Shown here: one piece after another, positions 18,059-26,846 of the stretch
Layout: each line of letters opens with the position of its first letter
How positions within the stretch are numbered: position 1 is the first letter of the stretch
Assembly: GCA_050247255.1 (NCBI GenBank)
Contig: JBFWUM010000002.1
Span: forward strand, 79,488-143,487
Direction of reading: 5' to 3'
Length of the DNA: 64,000 nucleotides
From: Vicinamibacterales bacterium
GTDB taxonomy: Bacteria; Acidobacteriota; Vicinamibacteria; Vicinamibacterales; UBA2999
The notes under the pieces: generated by a model
What the model saw: the letters and a program-made list of their open reading frames with translations, nothing else
Databases searched by the model: none
What the model was told of the DNA's origin: nothing
Position numbers and translations under genes: made by a program

Positions 18059-18694
18059 GTGCCCACCATCTCCAACGATCAGTACGATCGCCAGATCCTT
18101 CAAGCCATCGCCTCCGGCCGGCCGCTGACCCAGCGGCGGCTGTCGGGCGAGCTCGGGGTCGCGCTTGGACTCACCAACCTCCTGATCCGAAGGCTGGCGA
18201 CCAAGGGCTACATCCGGGTCACCGGACTGGGCACGCGCCACGTCCAGTACCTGATGACGCCGGCCGGATGGGAGGCGCTCGGCCGGGCAACCCGCGCCTC
18301 GCTGGAGAACACCATTCGCCTCTATACCGAAACCCGCGAGCAGATCCGAGCCGGACTCTCCGAGGTGGCGCGGCGCAGCGCCGCCGATGCGGACGGCGCC
18401 GACGGGGTCGTCCTGTATGGTGCGGGAGACGTGGGGGAGATCGCCTACGTCAGCCTGCAGCGGACCGATCTGCGCGTGGTTGGCGTGATCGACGACCGCC
18501 GCCGCGGCAGGTTCTTCGACCTGACCATCCGCCCGTCAGAATGCCTGCAGCCGGACGGGCTCGACGGCGTGCCCTACTCGTACGTGATCATCGCCAGCGT
18601 CCGCCATGCCGACGCCATCCAGGCGCGGACCGATGCGCTCAACATCCCCAGGAACCGGGTCGTTCACATAGCCCACGTGGGGTCACATGCGTAA
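18059..18694 (+). CDS. Winged-helix (MarR-like, EPS-associated) transcriptional regulator fused to a Rossmann/CoA-binding-like domain (Rex-like architecture)
   Basis: GTG start with GAGAGG 8 nt upstream. The N-terminus QILQAIASGRPLTQRRLSGELGVALGLTNLLIRRLATKGYI is a wHTH. The C-terminus VVLYGAGDVGEIAYVSLQRTDLRVVGVIDD is a GxGxxG Rossmann. Confidence 0.75.
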   Translation: MPTISNDQYDRQILQAIASGRPLTQRRLSGELGVALGLTNLLIRRLATKGYIRVTGLGTRHVQYLMTPAGWEALGRATRASLENTIRLYTETREQIRAGLSEVARRSAADADGADGVVLYGAGDVGEIAYVSLQRTDLRVVGVIDDRRRGRFFDLTIRPSECLQPDGLDGVPYSYVIIASVRHADAIQARTDALNIPRNRVVHIAHVGSHA

Positions 18695-20528
18695 TCGCTT
18701 CTATCTTGCCGCCGACCTCGTCCTGATCTGGTTCGCCGCGCTGGCGGCGTTCGTGCTCCGGTTCGACCTGCGGTTCGAGGCCTACCGGCAGGAGTTCGTC
18801 TTCTTCGGCGTCGCCGCCATGGTCGCCAAGCCGGTGGCGTTCCTGGCGGCCGGCGTCTACCGGCGCTACTGGCGCTACGCGTCGCTGCCCGACCTGGTGC
18901 TGCTGCTCGGCGCGACAACGGCCGGGTCCCTGCTGGTGCTGCTGGCCCTCGTCGCCGGTCTGTGGACCGGGATGCTGCCGTCGTTCTCGCGTTCGGTGGT
19001 CGTGCTCGACGGCCTGCTGACCTTCATGCTGATCGGCGGCGCGCGGGTCGCGTCGCGCGTCATCTCGGAATCGCGGCGCCGCCACGAACACGGCGACGGC
19101 GGCCGGCGCATCGTGATTGCCGGCGCCGGCGCGGCAGGGGTCATGGTCGCGCGCGACCTCGAGCGCAACCCGCAGCTCGGCATCGAGGTCGTCGGGTTTC
19201 TCGACGACGACGCCGCCAAAGCGGGCAAGCGGATCGGCCCGGCCTACGTGCTCGGTCCGCTCGCGGCGCTGGATCGGGTGGCGGCGAAGTACGGCGTGGT
19301 CGAGGTTGTCATCGCCATGCCGACGGCCTCGGGCGCCACGATTCGCGCGCTCGTCGAGCAGGCGCGGGCGCTGAAGCTGGCCTCCAAGGTGATTCCCGGC
19401 GTGTTCGAGCTGGTCGGTGGCCAGGCAACGGCCAAGCGGCTGCGCGAGGTTCAGATTGCCGACCTGTTGCGCCGCAATCCGGCCCGCCCGCCGTCTCGAG
19501 CCAGCGAACACGTCGAAGGGCGGACGGTGCTGGTGACCGGCGCCGGCGGCTCGATTGGCCATGAGATCTGCCGTCAACTCGCGGTGTGGCGGCCGCGCCG
19601 GCTGGTGATGCTGGGACACGGCGAGAACAGCCTGTTCGAGGCGCGGGCCGCCCTGGCCGCCGACTATCCCGATCTGCACGCGGTCACCGTCATCGCCGAC
19701 ATCCGCGACGAGGGGCGGCTGGGTCGGATCTTCCGCGAGTTCGCCCCGGACGTGGTGTTTCATGCGGCCGCCCACAAGCATGTGCCGCTGCTCGAGCAGA
19801 ATCCGGAGGAGGCGTTCACCAACAACGCCATCGGCACCTGCAACGTCGTGCGCGCGGCGATCGCCGCCGGGACGCCGTCGCTGGTCTTTATCTCGACCGA
19901 CAAGGCGGCAACGCCGGTCAACCTCCTGGGCGCGTCGAAGCGGCTGGCGGAGGAAGTGGTGCGGCAGGCGGCTGCGCGCTTCGGCCGCCGGTTTGTCGTC
20001 GTCCGCTTCGGCAACGTGCTCGGCAGCCGCGGCAGCGCGGTGCCGATCTTCCAGCAGCAGATCGCCCGCGGCGGCCCGGTCACCGTCACCGACCCCGAGA
20101 TGAAGCGCTTCTTCATGACCATTCCCGAAGCCGCCCACCTGGTACTCGAGGCTGCGGCGATGGGCAGGGGCGGCGAGCTGTTCGTCCTGCGCATGGGCGA
20201 GCCCGTCCGGATCGTCGACCTGGCCACCGATCTGATCCGCTTGTCGGGCGCCGACGACGTGCCGATTGCCTACACCGGCCGGCGACCCGGTGAGAAGCTC
20301 GAGGAAGTGCTGTGGGAAGACGGCGCTGACATCGCCCCGACCGAGCACCCGGACATCCTGGCCGTCCGCGAGCCGGACCTCGGCGACGCGATCGACTGGG
20401 TCGCCGCCGCCGAGCACCTGGCCCGGATCGCGGCGCAGGGGCCCGCGGACGTCCTCCGCGCCGAGCTCGGCCGGTATCTCCCGACCTTCGTGCGCGGGGC
20501 AGGCGCGCCGGCGGTTCCCGAATCCTGA
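18687..20528 (+). CDS. Membrane-anchored polysaccharide biosynthesis protein CapD/WbpM/PglF family (UDP-GlcNAc 4,6-dehydratase type)
   Basis: 613 aa. It has N-terminal TM segments, then IVIAGAGAAG and VLVTGAGGSIG Rossmann motifs, STDKAATPVNLLGASKRLAE and VVVRFGNVLGSRGS. Confidence 0.9.
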   Translation: MRNRFYLAADLVLIWFAALAAFVLRFDLRFEAYRQEFVFFGVAAMVAKPVAFLAAGVYRRYWRYASLPDLVLLLGATTAGSLLVLLALVAGLWTGMLPSFSRSVVVLDGLLTFMLIGGARVASRVISESRRRHEHGDGGRRIVIAGAGAAGVMVARDLERNPQLGIEVVGFLDDDAAKAGKRIGPAYVLGPLAALDRVAAKYGVVEVVIAMPTASGATIRALVEQARALKLASKVIPGVFELVGGQATAKRLREVQIADLLRRNPARPPSRASEHVEGRTVLVTGAGGSIGHEICRQLAVWRPRRLVMLGHGENSLFEARAALAADYPDLHAVTVIADIRDEGRLGRIFREFAPDVVFHAAAHKHVPLLEQNPEEAFTNNAIGTCNVVRAAIAAGTPSLVFISTDKAATPVNLLGASKRLAEEVVRQAAARFGRRFVVVRFGNVLGSRGSAVPIFQQQIARGGPVTVTDPEMKRFFMTIPEAAHLVLEAAAMGRGGELFVLRMGEPVRIVDLATDLIRLSGADDVPIAYTGRRPGEKLEEVLWEDGADIAPTEHPDILAVREPDLGDAIDWVAAAEHLARIAAQGPADVLRAELGRYLPTFVRGAGAPAVPES

Positions 20529-20529
20529 C

Positions 20530-21483
20530 ATGCGGAAAAACTTTGCCATCACCGGCGTCGCCGGCTTCGTCGCTCCCCGGCATCTCCGGGCGATCCAGGA
20601 GACGGGGAACCGGCTGGTTGCCGCGGCGGATCCGCACGACGCGGTCGGCGTCCTCGACAGCTACTCATTCGACGTGCGGTTCTTTACCGAGATCGAGCGG
20701 TTCGACCGGCACCTCGAGAAGCTGCGGCGGGGACCGGACGCGGAGCGCGTGCACTTCGTGAGCATCTGCTCGCCCAACTACCTGCACGATGCGCACGTGC
20801 GGCTGGCGCTGCGGGCCGGCGCCGATGCCATCTGCGAGAAGCCGCTGGTCATCAGCCCGTGGAACCTCGACGCGCTGCAGGAGATCGAGCGCGAGACGGG
20901 CCACCGCGTCTACTCGGTGCTGCAGCTGCGGCTGCATCCCGCCCTCATCGCGCTGCGGGACCGGCTCGCCGCCGCCGGGTCGGCGCGCCACGAGGTCGAG
21001 CTGACCTACGTGACGGCGCGCGGCCGGTGGTACGACGTGTCGTGGAAGGGATCCGAGGAGCGTTCCGGCGGGCTGGTGCTCAACATCGGCATCCACTTCT
21101 TCGATCTGCTGCTGTGGCTGTTCGGGCCGGTCCTCGAGACCGCGGTCTACGAGCGGACGCCGCGGCACGCCGTCGGCCGGCTCGACTTCGAGCGCGCGAC
21201 CGTCCGCTGGCTGCTGTCGAGCGAGCCGGCGCACCTGCTCGCCGTGACGGGCGGCACGCGCGCCGGGTCGTTCCGGCGCATGCGCGTCGATGGCAGCGAG
21301 GTGCAGTTCACCGACGGCTTCGTCGACCTGCACACGCGCGTCTACGAAGAGGTGTTGGCCGGGCGCGGCGCCGGCATCGACGAGGCGCGGCCGGCCATCG
21401 AGCTGGCCCACCGCATCCGGCACCAGACGGTGACACCTGCCACGGCGGCGGCGGGCTCGCCGTTGAGCGTCCTGATCCCATAA
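20530..21483 (+). CDS. Gfo/Idh/MocA family oxidoreductase (WbpB-like sugar dehydrogenase)
   Basis: ATG 20530, 1 nt after the capD-like stop. MRKNFAITGVAGFVAPRHLRAI, ICSPNYLHDAH and CEKPL are present. Confidence 0.85.
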   Translation: MRKNFAITGVAGFVAPRHLRAIQETGNRLVAAADPHDAVGVLDSYSFDVRFFTEIERFDRHLEKLRRGPDAERVHFVSICSPNYLHDAHVRLALRAGADAICEKPLVISPWNLDALQEIERETGHRVYSVLQLRLHPALIALRDRLAAAGSARHEVELTYVTARGRWYDVSWKGSEERSGGLVLNIGIHFFDLLLWLFGPVLETAVYERTPRHAVGRLDFERATVRWLLSSEPAHLLAVTGGTRAGSFRRMRVDGSEVQFTDGFVDLHTRVYEEVLAGRGAGIDEARPAIELAHRIRHQTVTPATAAAGSPLSVLIP

Positions 21484-21509
21484 ACCGCCTGACCCGAGGA
21501 GCCACTGCG

Positions 21510-22502
21510 TTGCTGAACTGGAACGACTCGACGATTCTCATCACCGGCGGGACCGGCTCGTTCGGCCGGAAGTTCACCGAGATCCTGCTGCGTGACTACC
21601 GGCCGAAGAAGCTCATCATCTTCAGCCGCGACGAGTTGAAGCAGCACGAGATGCGGCAGACGTGGGACGACCGGAGCGGATCCAACGTGCGCTACTTCCT
21701 CGGCGACATCCGCGATCGCGATCGCCTCTATCGCGCCATGCGCGGGGTCGACGTCGTCGTCCATGCGGCGGCGCTGAAGCAGGTGCCGGCCTGCGAATAC
21801 AACCCGTTCGAGGCCGTGCAGACCAACGTGCACGGCGCCCAGAACATCATCAACGCGGCGATCGACACCGGCGTCCGCCGCATCATCGCCTTGAGCACCG
21901 ACAAGGCGGTGAATCCCGTCAACCTGTACGGCGGCACCAAGCTGGTCGCCGAGCGGCTCTTCACCGATGGCAACTCGTATGCGGCTGACAGCGGCACCCG
22001 CTTTTCCTGCGTACGCTACGGCAACGTGGTCGGCAGCCGCGGCTCGGTCATCCCGCTGTTCCTGCAGCAGCGGGCCAGCGGGCGCGTGACCGTCACCGAC
22101 GAGCGGATGACGCGCTTCTGGCTGACGCTCGAGCAGGGCGTCCGGTTCGTCATCCGCAGCGCCGAGGAGATGCTGGGCGGCGAGATCTTCGTGCCGAAGA
22201 TCCCGAGCATGCGGATCACGGACCTCGTCGAAGCGATCGCCCCGCGCTGCAAGGTCGAGATCACCGGCATCCGGCCCGGCGAGAAGCTGCACGAGGCGCT
22301 GCTCTCCGAGCACGAATCGCAGCGCACGCTCGAGCTCGATGGCATGTACGTCGTCCAGCCCGAGTTCGGCTGGTGGTCGGCCGGCCATTGGACAAAAGGC
22401 GCGCGCCTGCCCGACGGCTTCACCTACACGAGCGACGCGAACACGGAGTGGCTGACGCCCGCGCAACTGACCGCGATGTGCGGCGAGGTGGTACCGGCCT
22501 GA
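21510..22502 (+). CDS. pseB: UDP-N-acetylglucosamine 4,6-dehydratase (inverting), PseB
   Basis: TTG 21510 with GAGGAG at 21496-21501. (M)LNWNDSTILITGGTGSFGRKF, DIRDRDRL, STDKAVNPVNLYGGTKLVAE and VRYGNVVGSRGSVIPLF give the soluble FlaA1/PseB pattern. Confidence 0.85.
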   Translation: MLNWNDSTILITGGTGSFGRKFTEILLRDYRPKKLIIFSRDELKQHEMRQTWDDRSGSNVRYFLGDIRDRDRLYRAMRGVDVVVHAAALKQVPACEYNPFEAVQTNVHGAQNIINAAIDTGVRRIIALSTDKAVNPVNLYGGTKLVAERLFTDGNSYAADSGTRFSCVRYGNVVGSRGSVIPLFLQQRASGRVTVTDERMTRFWLTLEQGVRFVIRSAEEMLGGEIFVPKIPSMRITDLVEAIAPRCKVEITGIRPGEKLHEALLSEHESQRTLELDGMYVVQPEFGWWSAGHWTKGARLPDGFTYTSDANTEWLTPAQLTAMCGEVVPA

Positions 22503-23719
22503 TGGAGCGTCTGGCCGTCGACGGCGGGCGCCCGGTCCGTTCGACGCTGCTGCCGTACGGCAGGCAGGCGATTGACGACGACGACGTGCGCGCGGTCGTC
22601 GGGGTGCTGCAGTCCGACTGGCTGACCACCGGCCCGGCGGTCGGCGCCTACGAGGCGGACGTGTGCGCGGCGGTCGGCGCGCGCCACGCGGTGGCCTTCA
22701 GTTCCGGCACCGCGGCGTTGCACGCGGCGGTCCACGCCGCCGGCATCGGCCCCGGCGACGAGGTCATCACCTCGCCGCTGACCTTCGTCGCCAGCGCCAA
22801 CTGCGCGCGGTTCGTCGGCGCCGATCCGGTGTTCGCCGACGTGCGTGATGACACGCTGACGATCGATCCCGGGCGCGTTGCGGCGGCCATCGGCCCGCGC
22901 ACCCGCGCGCTCATTCCTGTCGATTTCGCCGGTCAACCCGCGGATCTCGACGAGCTCACGGCGCTGGCGGCACGGCACGGGCTGACCGTCATCGAAGACG
23001 CGGCGCACTCCCTCGGCGCGAGCTATCGCGGCCGCCGCGTGGGGACGCTCGCCACCCTGACCGTGTTCAGCACCCACCCGGTCAAGCACGTGACGACCGG
23101 CGAAGGCGGGGTCGTGGCCACCGATGACGCGCGCCTCGCCGATCGGCTGCGGCTGTTCCGCAACCACGGGATCAGCAGCGATGCACGGGCGCGGCAGGAG
23201 GCCGGCTCCTGGTACTACGAGATGGTGGAACTCGGCTACAACTACCGGATTACCGATCTCCAGTGTGCCCTCGGGTCGAGCCAGCTGAGGAAGCTTCCCC
23301 GGTGGGTGGAGCGGCGCCAGGAAATCGCCGCGCGCTACAGCGCCGAACTCGCCGGTCTCGAGCCGCTCCGCCTGCCCCTGGTGGCGGGCGATCGCACATC
23401 GTCCTGGCACCTGTACGTCGTCAGGGTTCGACGCGGCGCCCTGCGCGGGGACGTTGGACGGGATGCGGTGTTCAAGGCGCTGCGGGCGGAAAACATCGGT
23501 GTCAACGTCCACTACATCCCGGTGACCTGGCATCCGTACTATCAGCAGCTCGGCCATCGACGCGGCGCGCATCCGGTCGCGGAGTCCGCATACGAGGAGC
23601 TGATCACGCTGCCGCTCTTTCCCGCCATGTCGGACGCCGATGTCGGCGATGTCGTCACCGCCGTGCGCAAGGTGGTCACGGCCTACGCCCACCCGGCCGG
23701 CGCGGTGTCCGCGCGGTGA
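22502..23719 (+). CDS. pseC: UDP-4-amino-4,6-dideoxy-N-acetyl-beta-L-altrosamine transaminase, PseC (DegT family)
   Basis: The ATG overlaps the pseB TGA by 1 nt (TGATG). LPYGRQAIDDDDVRAVVGVLQSDWLTTGP, FSTHPVKHVTTGEGG (PLP lysine region) and YNYRITDLQCALGSSQL are present. Confidence 0.85.
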   Translation: MERLAVDGGRPVRSTLLPYGRQAIDDDDVRAVVGVLQSDWLTTGPAVGAYEADVCAAVGARHAVAFSSGTAALHAAVHAAGIGPGDEVITSPLTFVASANCARFVGADPVFADVRDDTLTIDPGRVAAAIGPRTRALIPVDFAGQPADLDELTALAARHGLTVIEDAAHSLGASYRGRRVGTLATLTVFSTHPVKHVTTGEGGVVATDDARLADRLRLFRNHGISSDARARQEAGSWYYEMVELGYNYRITDLQCALGSSQLRKLPRWVERRQEIAARYSAELAGLEPLRLPLVAGDRTSSWHLYVVRVRRGALRGDVGRDAVFKALRAENIGVNVHYIPVTWHPYYQQLGHRRGAHPVAESAYEELITLPLFPAMSDADVGDVVTAVRKVVTAYAHPAGAVSAR

Positions 23720-25233
23720 CATCGCCCGGGACGCGGCGGCCAGTCGTGCTGCTGCGGGCGGACGCCTCGCCGGAAGCCGGCGCCGGACATCTCCTGCGGA
23801 TGGTGGCGCTCGGGGCGGCCCTGCGCTCCTCGAGCGATGTGACGCTTGCCACCTGTACCACGCATCCCGGCCTGCTCGAACATGCCGCACACCATGGGCT
23901 CGCGGTCGTGCACCTGGACCGGCCGTATCCGGCTCCTGACGATGCCGACGGCGTGCTGGCGCGGGCGCGGGCCGCGGTGGCCCCCTGGGTGGTGGTTGAT
24001 GGCTACCAGTTCGACGGGCGCTACGCGGAACGGCTCCGCGGCGCCGGTGCCCGCGTTGCCATGGTCGACGACCTGCCCCGGCTCGAGCGCTACGACGTCG
24101 ACCTGTTGCTCGATCAGAACCCCGGCGCGCTGCGCCAGCCCTATGCGGGCGCGCCGTCTCGCCTGCTGCTCGGGCCGCAGTTCACGCTGCTGCGCCCCGG
24201 CTTCGCCGCCGCGCGCACCGGCGCCCGCCCCGACGGCCGCCGCATCCTCGTCAGCGCCGGCGCCAGTGATGTCGGCGGCGTGACGAGCCGCATTCTTGAA
24301 GCGCTGGCGCCGCGCACCGAGCTGCAGGTGACGGCCGTCATTGGCGCGGCCAACCCCGGTGGTGCGGCAGTCCGGGCGGCATTTGCGGACGTGCCGCACA
24401 TCCGGTTTGCCGAGAACAGCCTGGACATGCCGGCACTGATGACCGGTGCCGACCTCGCCATCGCGAGCACCGGCATCATGCTGTGGGAGCTGGCCTGCCT
24501 CGGCGTGCCCACGCTCGTCATCAGCAGCACGCCGGTTCAGCATGCGGTCGCCCGCATCGCTCATGAGTGCGGCGCCTGGCAGTGGCTCGGTGACAGCGCG
24601 GCGATGACCAGCGCGGAGATCGGCGCCGCCCTCGATGCCCTGCTCGCCGATTCCGCCAGGCGCGCCGAGATGTCGCGGCTCGGCAGGATCATTGTCGACG
24701 GCCAGGGCGCGGCGCGCGTGGCACGCGCGCTGCTCACCGAGGCGCCCCCGGACTGGGCGGTTCGGCGTTCCGGGCCCGCCGACGCAGAGGCGATCTGGGA
24801 GATCGCCGCGGATCCAGGCGTGCGCCGCCTCTCGTTCCGCAGCGAGACGTTCGGCTTTGCCGAGCATGACGCCTGGTATCGCCGCCGGCTCGAGTCGCCC
24901 GCCTGCCAGCTGTGGGTCGTCGCGCGCGAGGGTGTGGTCGGCGGCTTCGTCCGCTACGACCGCAGCGGCGAGGACGCTGAGGTCAGCATTGCGGTCGCGC
25001 CGGCGTTGCGCGGACACGGCCTGGGAGCCCGGCTGCTCTCGGAATCGGCACGGCCGGCGGGCCGTGCGCTCGGCGTGCGGCGCATCCGCGCCTCCGTCCT
25101 CGAGGACAACGACACGTCGCGACGCCTCTTCGCGAGCGTCGGATTTGCCGCGGTCGATGGCCCGGCGGCCCGTTACGGTCATCCCTGCCTGATGTTCGAA
25201 CTGGCGGTGACACCCGAGGCGGCCGCATCGTGA
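23716..25233 (+). CDS. pseG: Bifunctional PseG (UDP-2,4-diacetamido-2,4,6-trideoxy-beta-L-altropyranose hydrolase) / PseH-like GNAT N-acetyltransferase fusion
   Basis: GTG 23716 (GTGA overlap). VVLLRADASPEAGAGHLLRMVAL is the PseG N-terminus in a MurG-like fold. From about residue 335 a GNAT domain follows (FAEHDAWYRRRL...VAPALRGHGLGARLL...NDTSRRLFASVGF). Confidence 0.8.
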   Translation: MTSPGTRRPVVLLRADASPEAGAGHLLRMVALGAALRSSSDVTLATCTTHPGLLEHAAHHGLAVVHLDRPYPAPDDADGVLARARAAVAPWVVVDGYQFDGRYAERLRGAGARVAMVDDLPRLERYDVDLLLDQNPGALRQPYAGAPSRLLLGPQFTLLRPGFAAARTGARPDGRRILVSAGASDVGGVTSRILEALAPRTELQVTAVIGAANPGGAAVRAAFADVPHIRFAENSLDMPALMTGADLAIASTGIMLWELACLGVPTLVISSTPVQHAVARIAHECGAWQWLGDSAAMTSAEIGAALDALLADSARRAEMSRLGRIIVDGQGAARVARALLTEAPPDWAVRRSGPADAEAIWEIAADPGVRRLSFRSETFGFAEHDAWYRRRLESPACQLWVVAREGVVGGFVRYDRSGEDAEVSIAVAPALRGHGLGARLLSESARPAGRALGVRRIRASVLEDNDTSRRLFASVGFAAVDGPAARYGHPCLMFELAVTPEAAAS

Positions 25234-26285
25234 ACGAGCTGCGCATCGGCAACCGCGTCGTGGGGCCGGGAAAGCCCGTGTACGTCGTCGCGGAGCTGTC
25301 GGCGAACCACGACCAGAGCCTGTCGCGCGCGGAGGCGCTGGTTCGGGCCGCCGCCGAGGCCGGCGCCGATGCCATCAAGCTGCAGACCTATACCCCCGAC
25401 ACCATGACCCTCGCCTCGGATGCGGAGCCCTTCCGCATTCACGGCACAATCTGGGACGGGCGGCTGCTGTACGACCTGTACCAGGAGGCGCAGACGCCGT
25501 GGGAATGGCACGCGCCGCTGATGGCGCTGGCGCGCGAGCTGGGACTCGACTGCTTTTCGTCGCCGTTTGACGCGACCGCCGTCGACTTCCTGGAAGCGCT
25601 GGATGCGCCGGTGTACAAGGTCGCCTCGTTCGAACTGGTCGACATTCCCCTGCTGCGGCGGATTGCGGCGACCGGCAAGCCGGTGATCGCGTCCACCGGG
25701 ATGGCCACGTCTCCGGAAATCGAGGAGGCCGTGAACACGCTGCGCGCAGGCGGTGCTGCCGCCATCGCGCTGTTGAAGTGCACGAGCGCCTATCCGGCAG
25801 CCCCCGAGGAAATGGACCTGCGCACCATTCCCGACCTTGCCGCCCGCTTCGAGCTGCCGGTCGGGCTGTCCGACCACACGATGGACGAAACAGTGCCGGT
25901 GGCGGCCGTCGCCCTCGGCGCATGCATCGTCGAGAAGCACCTCACGCTGTCGCGTTCACACCCCGGGCCGGATAGCGCGTTCTCGCTCGAACCGCAGGAG
26001 TTCCGCGCGATGGTGTCGGCGGTGCGCACTGCGGAGCGGGCGCTCGGCGGTGTGCGCTACGGTCCCAACCGGCGCGAGGAAGGCAGCCTTCGGTTCCGGC
26101 GCTCGCTCTTCGTCGCCGAGGATCTCCAGGCAGGAGACCTGTTCACGGCGGCGAACATCCGGTGCATTCGCCCGGCGGACGGGCTGCATCCGCGGCATCT
26201 CGACGAGGTGCTGGGGCGCCGGGCGGCGCGCGCCGTGCGGCGCGGCACGCCGCTGACGTGGGACCTGGTGGCGAAGAACGGATGA
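25230..26285 (+). CDS. pseI: Pseudaminic acid synthase (NeuB family), PseI
   Basis: GTG 25230 (GTGA overlap). VVAELSANHDQSLSRAEALVRAAAEAGADAIKLQTY, YKVASFELVDIPLL, a C-terminal SAF/AFP-like domain (FRRSLFVAEDLQAGDLF). The Pse rather than Neu/Leg assignment rests on the adjacent pseB/C/G. Confidence 0.85.
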   Translation: MNELRIGNRVVGPGKPVYVVAELSANHDQSLSRAEALVRAAAEAGADAIKLQTYTPDTMTLASDAEPFRIHGTIWDGRLLYDLYQEAQTPWEWHAPLMALARELGLDCFSSPFDATAVDFLEALDAPVYKVASFELVDIPLLRRIAATGKPVIASTGMATSPEIEEAVNTLRAGGAAAIALLKCTSAYPAAPEEMDLRTIPDLAARFELPVGLSDHTMDETVPVAAVALGACIVEKHLTLSRSHPGPDSAFSLEPQEFRAMVSAVRTAERALGGVRYGPNRREEGSLRFRRSLFVAEDLQAGDLFTAANIRCIRPADGLHPRHLDEVLGRRAARAVRRGTPLTWDLVAKNG

Positions 26286-26839
26286 GCGCCGCTCCCGCGC
26301 CCATCGACACGGCGCGGCTGCGCCTGGTGCCGTTGGCGGCGCACCATGTGACGCCGCGCTATGTCGCCTGGTTGAACGACCCCGAGGTCATGCGCTTCAG
26401 CCGACACCGGCACCGGACGCACACGCTGGCGTCGGTGCGCGACTACGTGCAGTCGTTCGAGGGCTCGGACAACCGGCTGTGGGCGATTGAACTGCGGGAA
26501 GCCCCCGGCACGCACCTCGGCAACATCAACGCCACGATCGACGCGCCGAACGGGGTGGGCGACGTCGGCATCCTGCTGGGCGAGCGGGCGTTCTGGGGCC
26601 GGGGATTCGGACGCGAAGCGTGGACCGCGGTGTGCCGCTACCTGCTCGACGACCTCGGGCTGCGAAAGGTCACCGGCGGAACCGTCGCCACGAACGTCGG
26701 CATGCTCGCCGTGATGCGGGCGGCCGGCATGCGGGAAGACGGCGTGCGCGTCCGGCAGGAACTCGTCGATGGCCGCGAGATCGACCTGATTCACATGGCG
26801 TTGTTCCGTACGCCGTTGCCAGACCGCCTCAACCGATAG
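26282..26839 (+). CDS. GNAT family N-acetyltransferase (RimJ/RimL-like)
   Basis: ATG 26282 (ATGA overlap). LRLVPLAAHHVTPRYVAWLNDPEVMRF...ERAFWGRGFGREAW. Confidence 0.8.
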   Translation: MSAAPAPIDTARLRLVPLAAHHVTPRYVAWLNDPEVMRFSRHRHRTHTLASVRDYVQSFEGSDNRLWAIELREAPGTHLGNINATIDAPNGVGDVGILLGERAFWGRGFGREAWTAVCRYLLDDLGLRKVTGGTVATNVGMLAVMRAAGMREDGVRVRQELVDGREIDLIHMALFRTPLPDRLNR

Positions 26840-26846
26840 GAGACCG

